From contig JAFPUM010000034.1 in assembly GCA_017395425.1 (NCBI GenBank), forward strand, positions 26,739 to 90,738: 64,000 bases of DNA, given 5' to 3'. This stretch comes from Clostridia bacterium (GTDB lineage: Bacteria; Bacillota; Clostridia; Oscillospirales; Acutalibacteraceae). How positions within the stretch are numbered: position 1 is the stretch's first letter; each line of letters begins with the position of its first letter. Positions 56,398 through 64,000 of this stretch are shown in pieces. The notes under the pieces are model-generated. The model had not been told where the DNA came from. It saw only the letters and a list, made by a program, of their open reading frames with translations, and did no database searches. The translations under genes and the position numbers were made by a program.

Positions 56398-59298
56398 TTG
56401 AGAATCGGCATCGACGTAGGGTCTACCACCATCAAATATGTCGTCATGGACGACAGTGAGAAAATCATTCATCAATCCTATGAGCGCCATCTTTCACAGA
56501 TCACGGAAAAGACGCTGGGCGTTCTCAGAACCGTGCGGGAACTGACGGGGGAGCATGAGGCGCTGCTCTCTATTTCCGGGTCGGCGGGCATGGGCATCTC
56601 CGAAGCCTGCGGTATTCCGCTGGTGCAGGAGGTGTTTGCCAGCCGCATTGCCTTAAAACATCTGCTGCCCGACACGGATGTGGCGATTGAACTGGGCGGC
56701 GAGGACGCGAAGATTCTCTTTGTGACGGGCGGCATGGAATTCCGCATGAACGGTTCCTGCGCGGGCGGCACCGGCGCTTTTATCGACCAGATGGCGACCC
56801 TGCTCAACATCACGCCCACCGAGATGAACGAAGCCGCCAAAAAAGCCGAGCGGCGTTATACGATTGCTTCCCGCTGCGGCGTGTTTGCCAAGACGGACAT
56901 CCAGCCGCTGCTCAATCAGGGCGCGCGCACCAGCGATGTTTCGTCCAGCATTTTCTATGCCGTCGTCAATCAGACCATCGCGGGTCTGGCGCAGGGACGT
57001 CCGATTCAGGGCAATGTGGTGTATCTGGGCGGACCGCTTACCTTCTTCTCGGAGCTGCGGGCGGCGTTTGACGATACGCTGAAACTTACGGGCGTCTGTC
57101 CGGAGAATTCCCTCTATTATGTGGCGATCGGCGCGGCACTGGGCGCGGATACCGTCATTGACCTCGATCAGGCGATTGAGACGCTGAGTCATCTCAAAGC
57201 GGTGGGCAATTACCATTCCATTGACCCGCTGTTCCGCAGCAAGGAGGAGTATGCAGCCTTCTCGAAGCGTCATGCCGCCAATACCATTGACAGGGTGAAT
57301 CCCGATACATACGAGGGCGAAGCGTTTCTGGGTGTGGACTCCGGATCCACAACCATCAAGATGGTGGTTATTACCCCCGACGGAAAAATTCTGCGCGACA
57401 GTTACAGTTCCAACAAGGGCAATCCCGTACCCCATGTCAAGGAATTTCTGGAGCATTTTTATTGGAAATATCCCCGCATCAAGATTGTCGGCGCGACCTC
57501 CACGGGCTACGGCGAGGAACTCATCAAAAACGCGTTCAGTCTTGATTCGGGCATTGTGGAGACGACCGCGCATCTGACGGCGGCGCGCCGGTTCATGCCG
57601 GATGTGGAATTTGTCATCGACATCGGCGGACAGGACATCAAATGCTTCAAGATCGGCAGGAAGGGCGAAATCGAAAGCATCTTCCTCAACGAAGCCTGCT
57701 CGTCGGGCTGCGGTTCGTTCCTCCAGACCTTCGCGGAGGCACTGCACCAGCCGATTGAAAAATTCGCCAAAATGGGACTGTTTGCCGACAAGCCGGTAGA
57801 CCTCGGTTCCCGCTGCACCGTCTTTATGAATTCCTCGGTCAAGCAGGCGCAGAAGGACGGCGCTTCCATCGAGAATATCTCGGCGGGACTGTCCATCAGC
57901 GTGGTGAAGAACGCGCTCTACAAGGTCATCCGCGCGTCCAGTCCCGAAGAACTGGGCAGAAAAATCGTCGTACAGGGCGGCACCTTCCTCAACGACGCGG
58001 TGCTGCGTGCCTTTGAGCAGGAGATGGGCGTGGAAGTGGTGCGTCCCTCCATCGCGGGACTGATGGGTGCCTACGGCGCGGCGCTGTACGCGTCGCGTCA
58101 CGCCACCGGCAGCAGTTCCATTCTCAACGCGGAACAGCTCGCCAATTTCTATCACAAGGTGAAGGACGTGCGCTGCGGTCTTTGCAGCAATAACTGCCGC
58201 CTGACCGTCAATATATTCGACAGCAACCGGAAATTCATCAGCGGCAACCGCTGTGACCGACCCATCACGCGGCGCAAGGCGGACGATTCGCTCAATATAT
58301 ACGATTATAAGCTCAAGCTGCTCGGGGAATACCAGCCGGTGCCGGGTGAACGCGGCAGAATCGGCATACCGATGGGGCTGAATATGTTCGAGCTGTTGCC
58401 CTTCTGGCACACGCTCTTCACGCGGCTGGGCTTTGAAGTGGTGACATCGCCGCTGTCCAACCGCAAGATGTATCTGCTGGGACAGGCGACCATTCCTTCC
58501 GACACGGTGTGCTTCCCGGCAAAGCTCATGCACGGTCATGTGCAGACGCTCATCAATGACGGCGTGGATACGGTCTTTTATCCCTGTATGTCCTACAATT
58601 TTGATGAGAAGATGGGCGACAACCATTATAATTGCCCGGTAGTAGCCTATTATCCCGAAGTCATTCACGCCAATATGCCGGATATTGCCAAGGTGAAATT
58701 CATCTATGACTATCTGGGCATTCACCGTCCCAAGGATTTCCCCAAGAAATTCCAGCAGGTGATGTCCAAATATTTTGACATCATGCCGCTCGAAGAAGTC
58801 AAGACCGCCGTGGACGCGGCTTATGCGGAATACGACCGTTACCTTGCCCGCGTGCGGGAACGGGGAGAAGCCATCATCGAAGAGGCGCGCGCCAAGAAGA
58901 TGCACATCATCGTGCTGTCGGGACGGCCCTATCACATCGACCCCGAAATCAACCACGGCATCGACAAAATCGTGACGGGCTGCGGGGCGGCGATCATCTC
59001 GGAGGACGTGGTGAGCGACCGGGTGCAGAAGTTCCCGGTCAAGGTGCTGAATCAGTGGACCTATCATTCCCGCCTGTACGCGGCGGCGCGATATGTGCTG
59101 ACCCAGCCGGATATGAATCTGGTGCAGCTGGTGTCGTTCGGCTGCGGCATCGACGCGATTACGACCGACGAGGTGCGTTCGATTCTCGAGAGCGGCGGCA
59201 AAATCTATACGCAGATCAAGATTGACGAAATCACCAATCTGGGCGCGGTGAAAATCCGGCTCCGGAGTCTGTTCGCGGCGATTGAGGACAACCGTTAA
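56398..59298 (+). CDS. Double BcrAD/BadFG-type ATPase (radical-enzyme activase) fused to a 2-hydroxyacyl-CoA-dehydratase-like domain
   Basis: Two ASKHA ATPase modules (RIGIDVGSTTIKYVVMD and FLGVDSGSTTIKMVVI), a CGLCSNNC Cys motif, and a C-terminal dehydratase-like region. TTG start, with GGAGA 7 nt upstream. Confidence 0.88.
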   Translation: MRIGIDVGSTTIKYVVMDDSEKIIHQSYERHLSQITEKTLGVLRTVRELTGEHEALLSISGSAGMGISEACGIPLVQEVFASRIALKHLLPDTDVAIELGGEDAKILFVTGGMEFRMNGSCAGGTGAFIDQMATLLNITPTEMNEAAKKAERRYTIASRCGVFAKTDIQPLLNQGARTSDVSSSIFYAVVNQTIAGLAQGRPIQGNVVYLGGPLTFFSELRAAFDDTLKLTGVCPENSLYYVAIGAALGADTVIDLDQAIETLSHLKAVGNYHSIDPLFRSKEEYAAFSKRHAANTIDRVNPDTYEGEAFLGVDSGSTTIKMVVITPDGKILRDSYSSNKGNPVPHVKEFLEHFYWKYPRIKIVGATSTGYGEELIKNAFSLDSGIVETTAHLTAARRFMPDVEFVIDIGGQDIKCFKIGRKGEIESIFLNEACSSGCGSFLQTFAEALHQPIEKFAKMGLFADKPVDLGSRCTVFMNSSVKQAQKDGASIENISAGLSISVVKNALYKVIRASSPEELGRKIVVQGGTFLNDAVLRAFEQEMGVEVVRPSIAGLMGAYGAALYASRHATGSSSILNAEQLANFYHKVKDVRCGLCSNNCRLTVNIFDSNRKFISGNRCDRPITRRKADDSLNIYDYKLKLLGEYQPVPGERGRIGIPMGLNMFELLPFWHTLFTRLGFEVVTSPLSNRKMYLLGQATIPSDTVCFPAKLMHGHVQTLINDGVDTVFYPCMSYNFDEKMGDNHYNCPVVAYYPEVIHANMPDIAKVKFIYDYLGIHRPKDFPKKFQQVMSKYFDIMPLEEVKTAVDAAYAEYDRYLARVRERGEAIIEEARAKKMHIIVLSGRPYHIDPEINHGIDKIVTGCGAAIISEDVVSDRVQKFPVKVLNQWTYHSRLYAAARYVLTQPDMNLVQLVSFGCGIDAITTDEVRSILESGGKIYTQIKIDEITNLGAVKIRLRSLFAAIEDNR

Positions 59299-59321
59299 AA
59301 ATCATTTCAAAAAAAGGTGTA

Positions 59322-60782
59322 ATGCAAATGGCGGAACTGAAGTACGACAAAAAGAGCGGACGCATTCTCTTCACCAAGGAGATGCGTCGGCAATATAAGA
59401 TTCTGGCGCCGAATATGCTGCCGGTGCATTTCAAGCTGTTTGAAAAGGTTCTCCAGCGGGCAGGCTACGATGTGGAGGTGCTCAAGAACGACAGCCACCG
59501 CGTCGTGGAAGAGGGTCTCAAACACGTCCATAACGATACCTGTTACCCGGCGCTGCTGGTCATCGGACAGATGATCGACGCATTGAACAGCGGCAAATAT
59601 GACGTCAACAAAACCGCGCTCATGATTACCCAGACCGGCGGCGGCTGCCGCGCGTCGAACTACATTCACCTGCTGCGCAAGGCGCTCAAATCGGCAGGGT
59701 ATGAGCAGGTGCCGGTCATTTCGGTCAACCTTTCGGGACTGGAAAGCAACCCCGGTTTTACCGTTACGCCCGCGCTGGTGATGCAGTTTGTGGCAAGTCT
59801 GGTGTACGGCGATCTGCTGATGCTGCTCAACAATCAGGTGAAAGCCTATGAGGTGAACGTCGGCGAATCGGAAGCGCTGGTGGACAGCTGGGTAGATCGG
59901 CTGCTGGAACAGTTCGCCCGGGGCAAGGGAATGCTGGGCGAGGAATTCCGCGCCAATCTGCGGCAGATCGCGGACGAATTCGACGCGATTCCGGTCAACC
60001 GCGTGCCGAAGGTCAAGGTCGGCGTGGTGGGCGAAATCTATGTCAAATATTCCCCGCTCGCCAATAATCATCTGGAGGAATTTCTCGCTTCGCAGGACTG
60101 CGAGGTGATGGTGCCGGGTCTGATGGGCTTTGTGCTGTTCAAAGTGGACAACCGTCTGGATGACATCCGGCTCTATGGCGGCAGCTCCATGAAATACAAG
60201 GCGGTATCGGTACTCAAGGAATTCTGTACCAAGATGGAATCCGCCATGCTGGACGCGCTCAAAGACCATCCGCATTTTACGGCGCCGTCGCCCTACGCGC
60301 ATCTGCGCACGCTGGTCAACGGCGTGGTGGGCTACGGCAGCAAGATGGGCGAGGGCTGGCTGCTCACCGCCGAAATGCTGGAACTGTGCGAATCGGGCTA
60401 TGAGAACATCGTCTGTACCCAGCCGTTCGGCTGTCTGCCCAACCATATCAACGGCAAGGGCATGATCGGCAGAATCCGCAAGGTTTCTCCCAACGCGAAT
60501 ATCACGCCGATTGACTACGACCCCAGCGCCACCAAGGTCAATCAGGAGAACCGCATCAAGCTCATGCTGGCTGTGGCGCGGGAGAATCTCGCCGAAAGGC
60601 TGGCGGCGGAGGCAGCCGAAGCCACGCAGGCAGCCAAAACCGCGGATACTGCCATCAATGACCGTGCAGAAGTGGAAATTGTGGCGGATGACCGTCCGTC
60701 GGGCGACGTGATTGAGGTAAAGGTCAGTCTGACGCCGGAGAAGCCTTCGGCAAAATCCGGGAAAAAACCGGAGCAGGTGTAA
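59322..60782 (+). CDS. 2-hydroxyacyl-CoA dehydratase family / activase-associated protein
   Basis: DTCYPALLVIGQ, TQTGGGCRASNY and CTQPFGCLPNH Cys-containing motifs typical of HgdB/BcrB-like proteins. Low-complexity A/E/K tail. ATG 59322 or 59328. Confidence 0.8.
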   Translation: MQMAELKYDKKSGRILFTKEMRRQYKILAPNMLPVHFKLFEKVLQRAGYDVEVLKNDSHRVVEEGLKHVHNDTCYPALLVIGQMIDALNSGKYDVNKTALMITQTGGGCRASNYIHLLRKALKSAGYEQVPVISVNLSGLESNPGFTVTPALVMQFVASLVYGDLLMLLNNQVKAYEVNVGESEALVDSWVDRLLEQFARGKGMLGEEFRANLRQIADEFDAIPVNRVPKVKVGVVGEIYVKYSPLANNHLEEFLASQDCEVMVPGLMGFVLFKVDNRLDDIRLYGGSSMKYKAVSVLKEFCTKMESAMLDALKDHPHFTAPSPYAHLRTLVNGVVGYGSKMGEGWLLTAEMLELCESGYENIVCTQPFGCLPNHINGKGMIGRIRKVSPNANITPIDYDPSATKVNQENRIKLMLAVARENLAERLAAEAAEATQAAKTADTAINDRAEVEIVADDRPSGDVIEVKVSLTPEKPSAKSGKKPEQV

Positions 60783-60786
60783 CGCT

Positions 60787-61356
60787 ATGGCGGATAGAAA
60801 GAAAAAAATCATTACCACCGTGTATTCGGCGCGTCACGGAGAAACCGCCTTCAACGCGCAGTTTCTGCTCTGCGGGTGGATTGATCTGCCGCTCACGGGA
60901 AAAGGACTGGTGCAGGCGGATCAGCTTACGGCGCTGGTGAAGGATAAACAGATTGACGCGATTTACTGTTCCGATCTGCTGCGCGCCCGTCAGACGGCGG
61001 AGCGCGTCGGATTGGCACTGGGGCTGGTTCCGATGCCCGACGCCCGGCTGCGGGAGGTCAATTTCGGCGGAATGGAGCGATGTTCCCGCGGCGACCCCGC
61101 GTTCAAGCGGATGGAACAGGTGTTTGCCGAGCGGTTCCCGGAGGGAGAATCGGTGCTGCAGGCGGCGCACAGGGTGTATGGCTTTCTGGATGAGATGCTG
61201 GCGGAATGCGCCGGAAAGAACGTGCTGCTGGTGAGCCACGGCTGGACCAACAAATTGATTGCGTCGTATTTCCGGAACCTGAGCAATGAGGAATTCGGTT
61301 CCTATGTGCTGCCCAACTGCGGATATGCCGTATATGAGTATGAAACAGACAAATGA
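60787..61356 (+). CDS. Histidine phosphatase family protein (PGAM/CobC-like)
   Basis: SARHGET catalytic RHG motif, and a downstream LLVSHG. 189 aa. Confidence 0.85.
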   Translation: MADRKKKIITTVYSARHGETAFNAQFLLCGWIDLPLTGKGLVQADQLTALVKDKQIDAIYCSDLLRARQTAERVGLALGLVPMPDARLREVNFGGMERCSRGDPAFKRMEQVFAERFPEGESVLQAAHRVYGFLDEMLAECAGKNVLLVSHGWTNKLIASYFRNLSNEEFGSYVLPNCGYAVYEYETDK

Positions 61357-61374
61357 TAAGGAGGGGCTGAACAA

Positions 61375-61851
61375 ATGGAGATTGAACGCAAATTTCTGAT
61401 TGACCGGTTTCCCGATCTGCCGGAGCTGATGAGCGCGAAGGTGTGGCAGGGCTATTTGTCCACCGCGCCGGTTGTGCGCATACGCCGGGCGGAGTTGAGT
61501 GACGGCAGTGAGCGCTTTGAGATGACGGTCAAGGGCAAGGGAACGCTGGTGCGCGCGGAGGTCAATATCGACATCACGGCGGAGCAGTATTATGAAATGG
61601 AGCCGTTGCTCACCCGTGAACTCATTTTCAAGGATTACCATGTGTATGATCTGGGCAACGGACTGCGGCTGGAGTGCAGTATCGTGGACGGCGACACCGA
61701 TCACGGCTTTTCGTATGCCGAGGTGGAATTTGATTCGGTGGAGGCAGCCCACGCGTTTGTGCCGCCTGCCTGTCTGGGACGGGAAGTGACCGAGGTGCCG
61801 GGGTTCAGTATGAACAGCTATTGGCGTAACGGCAGGATTGTATTGGACTGA
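61375..61851 (+). CDS. CYTH domain protein (triphosphate tunnel metalloenzyme)
   Basis: N-terminal MEIERKFLI (ExExK motif). 158 aa. AAGGAGG upstream. Confidence 0.8.
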   Translation: MEIERKFLIDRFPDLPELMSAKVWQGYLSTAPVVRIRRAELSDGSERFEMTVKGKGTLVRAEVNIDITAEQYYEMEPLLTRELIFKDYHVYDLGNGLRLECSIVDGDTDHGFSYAEVEFDSVEAAHAFVPPACLGREVTEVPGFSMNSYWRNGRIVLD

Positions 61852-61968
61852 TTTCTTGAGATGTAAAACGCGCCGGAAATGCAGATTATAACGCAAAGCG
61901 CGGTGAAACACGCTAAAATGATTCACAGCTGTTGTTGGTTTTTCCAAAAAATAGCAGAGATCAACCAT

Positions 61969-61986
61969 TGATTTTTTAAAAAATCA
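61969..61986. promoter_or_regulatory. Perfect 18-bp palindrome abutting the promoter
   Basis: TGATTTTTTAAAAAATCA, ending 2 nt before the -35. Confidence 0.5.
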
Positions 61987-61988
61987 TA

Positions 61989-62017
61989 TTGACAACCCGA
62001 GCAAAATACGATATAAT
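61989..62017 (+). promoter_or_regulatory. Consensus sigma-A promoter of the sortase operon
   Basis: -35 TTGACA (61989-61994), 17-nt spacer, -10 TATAAT (62012-62017). Confidence 0.65.
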
Positions 62018-62072
62018 AACACTTATGAGAAAAACCGGCGATAGGTCGGAAAAGAAAAGGAGAATGAACGCT

Positions 62073-62714
62073 ATGAGAAAGATTGTAGCAATCCTCGCAA
62101 CGCTGGCTATGGCTGTTGCTTTTGCGCTTCCCGCATTCGCGGCTTCCGGCATTACCCCTGAGGAACAGGCGCTTCTCGACAGATTTGTGGCAGGCGTCAC
62201 CCTGAAAGACGGCACCGTGGTAAAGCCCGGTGCCAAATATATCGCCGCTATCAAGGCTTGCCTGAAGGTCAAGGATATGAACGCGGCTGATATCGCAAAG
62301 GCAAAGGCAGAGATGGATAAGCTCGAGGCAATGGTCATTGCGGATGATTACCATGTGATCGGCGAAATTTATCTGGCAGATAACTATCAGAGTTATGTCA
62401 GCGAGATTTCGTCCTTTGCCAGCGAGCTGGGCTTCAAGGTAACGCCCGGTACCAACCATACCGGCGGCAATCCCACGCCTACCGTTTACTATAAGGATCC
62501 CGATGAACCCAATGCAACCTTGGTTCCCGTGTACGGCGTTGGCGGTACCGGCGGCAATCAGGGCGGCAATCAGGGCGGTAATCAGGGCGGCAAAGGTCCC
62601 GTCAAGCAGACCGGTGTGGATATGACTGCCACTGTCGTGACTGTCATCGTTCTGTTTGGTGTGCTGTCCGGCAGCGCTGTCATGATCGGTAAGAAGAAGC
62701 TTCTCGCCGACTAA
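62073..62714 (+). CDS. Secreted protein with a C-terminal cell-wall sorting signal (PVKQTG + TM + KKK)
   Basis: Signal peptide MRKIVAILATLAMAVAFALPAFA, (GGNQ)x3 linker, PVKQTG (62598-62615), hydrophobic stretch and a GKKKLLAD tail. The start lies downstream of the promoter (ATG 62073, or 62064). Confidence 0.7.
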   Translation: MRKIVAILATLAMAVAFALPAFAASGITPEEQALLDRFVAGVTLKDGTVVKPGAKYIAAIKACLKVKDMNAADIAKAKAEMDKLEAMVIADDYHVIGEIYLADNYQSYVSEISSFASELGFKVTPGTNHTGGNPTPTVYYKDPDEPNATLVPVYGVGGTGGNQGGNQGGNQGGKGPVKQTGVDMTATVVTVIVLFGVLSGSAVMIGKKKLLAD

Positions 62715-62735
62715 TCGGACAGTACGGAGTATTCC

Positions 62736-63428
62736 GTGAGAAAAAGAAAGATAAAAAAATTGCCGGCATATTTTATTGTGCCGGTAATTTTTGCTGTTTT
62801 GGGATACGGTGTGTTGAGAGTGGCATTGACACCCGTATGGGAACTGGGCATGGCGGCGGCTTCCATGATGCTGCTGGAGGATGCCCCCAATTTTTATCCG
62901 GAACTGACTACCACCTATGACCCCGATGCCCTGAAAGCTGCCAAGACGGAAGAAAAATGGATTAATGCCGCCGATGTGACGCTCCCGCGTCATGGCGAGC
63001 ATTACGGCAAACTGATGTGCGAGCGCATCGGACTGAGCGCGCCGGTCTACTGGGGCGATGAAAACCGCATTCTGCGCAGCGGCGCGGGACAGTACGAGAT
63101 CAGCTCCCTGCCGGGATTCGGTGAGCCGATCATTATCTGCGCTCATAACACAACGTTTTTCCGTCCGCTGAAGAAGGCGGAAAAGGATGATGTGATTGTG
63201 TTCGATACCAATTACGACACCTACCGCTATCAGGTGACGGAGGTGTCGGTTCTGGAAGAAAAGGAACTGGCTAAAACATTTGACACGCTGCTGACCGCGA
63301 GCGACAGCGAGGAAACGCTGCTGCTGTATACCTGCTATCCCTTCCATGCCATTTCCGGACGCAAGACCAAACGGTTTTGTGTCTTTGGCAAGCGCATTGA
63401 AGGCGCGGACGTGAAATGGGGTGCGTAA
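62736..63428 (+). CDS. Sortase family transpeptidase
   Basis: N-terminal TM anchor, catalytic His (IICAHNT), Cys (LLLYTCYPF) and Arg (KRFCVFGKR). GTG start, with GGAG 7 nt upstream. Confidence 0.8.
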   Translation: MRKRKIKKLPAYFIVPVIFAVLGYGVLRVALTPVWELGMAAASMMLLEDAPNFYPELTTTYDPDALKAAKTEEKWINAADVTLPRHGEHYGKLMCERIGLSAPVYWGDENRILRSGAGQYEISSLPGFGEPIIICAHNTTFFRPLKKAEKDDVIVFDTNYDTYRYQVTEVSVLEEKELAKTFDTLLTASDSEETLLLYTCYPFHAISGRKTKRFCVFGKRIEGADVKWGA

Positions 63429-63472
63429 CATTGGCGGAAAAAAAGAAGACGACGCATCATCATACGTCGGGA

Positions 63473-63562
63473 AGCAGTCATTCGCATAGCAGAAGCCATT
63501 CGCATAGCAGAAGCCATTCGCACAGTGGTAGCAGTCATTCGCACAGCACCAGCCATTCTCAC
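63473..63562 (+). repeat. In-frame degenerate 15-21-nt tandem repeats encoding (S/H)-rich units
   Basis: AGCAGTCATTCGCAT / AGCAGAAGCCATTCGCAT / AGCAGAAGCCATTCGCAC / AGTGGTAGCAGTCATTCGCAC / AGCACCAGCCATTCTCAC. Confidence 0.85.
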
Positions 63563-63580
63563 AGCGGAGGAACCTCCAAG

Positions 63581-64000
63581 ATGTCCCGTGAGGAATGGGA
63601 AGCCCGTGAACGTACCCGGACAGTCATCAGCTATCTCTTTTCCTTTATTCTCTCAATGTTTCTGCTGCTGATGACGGTATGTCTGGCGTCGCTGAATATT
63701 CTGTTTTCAGAAGGATTCTTCTGCCGCGTCATCGGTGACGAATATTACCAGTCGGTGCTTTCGGAAATCGTCACGCAGGCGGAGGACTATACACTGCCGG
63801 TGGGCTTTGACGTGTCGGTGCTGGACGGCGTTTTTACGATTGACGATGTGCGGCATGACGTCAACGGTCATATCACGGCAGCCTATCGCGGATATCAGTA
63901 CACGCCTGATATAGAAACCGAAAACAGCCGGTTATATGCCAATATCTCCGCCAGTCTCGAGGAAGACCATGTGGACATGGAGGGAGACGTCAAGGAAATC
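63581..64000 (+). CDS. Membrane protein, partial (runs off the window); possible His/Ser-rich N-terminal extension from TTG 63431
   Basis: Frame open from 63431 to the window end; not in the ORF track. ATG 63581 has GGAGG 10 nt upstream. TM segment VISYLFSFILSMFLLLMTVCLASL. Confidence 0.55.
   Translation, partial: MSREEWEARERTRTVISYLFSFILSMFLLLMTVCLASLNILFSEGFFCRVIGDEYYQSVLSEIVTQAEDYTLPVGFDVSVLDGVFTIDDVRHDVNGHITAAYRGYQYTPDIETENSRLYANISASLEEDHVDMEGDVKEI

Overview
High-GC, gene-dense chromosomal core region that looks like a Clostridia (Oscillospiraceae/Ruminococcaceae-like) genome; the taxonomy is inferred from gene content and protein motifs only. I saw no rRNA, tRNA, CRISPR array, transposase, integrase or prophage genes. 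Gene order, plus strand unless noted: uvrC; rsmD-coaD plus a coiled-coil ORF; a dcw cluster (mraZ-rsmH-ftsL-PBP-murE-murF-mraY-ftsW-murG-ftsQ-ftsZ); an ECF sigma/anti-sigma pair; udp; a DivIVA-like protein; rluA; a lipoprotein serpin; a PHP histidinol phosphatase; a DUF6273-like lipoprotein; dnaE; pfkA; a pur operon (purE-F-M-N, two unknown ORFs, PurO-like IMP cyclohydrolase, AICARFT-only purH, purD, a coupled SUKH/SMI1 ORF); a 1064-aa BspA-type LRR protein with 4 Ig-like repeats; an AEC transporter; a glmS ribozyme plus glmS; an HMGL-like aldolase; a membrane protein; upp; degV. On the minus strand: ddl, DUF1934, argS and an acidic ORF. Back on the plus strand: a tight 4-gene operon (double-ATPase radical-enzyme activase fusion, dehydratase-like protein, histidine phosphatase, CYTH); then a sortase with a putative PVKQTG substrate; then a partial membrane protein with a His/Ser repeat. 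The least explained signals are non-coding. (1) A roughly 190-nt five-hairpin element occurs twice (murF-mraY spacer and serpin-hisJ spacer), and hairpin positions are kept while some stem sequences differ. (2) Tandem 7-nt repeats (consensus about ARTGAAT/AGTGATT) sit at operon-internal gene junctions (murE-murF, purN 3' end, after purH). Two of these copies carry a hairpin with different but still pairing stems, and they bracket a 2.9-kb block of the pur operon. The many long antisense ORFs in the track are treated as shadow ORFs of a GC3-rich genome. All family assignments rest on motifs I recognise by eye; no database search was run.
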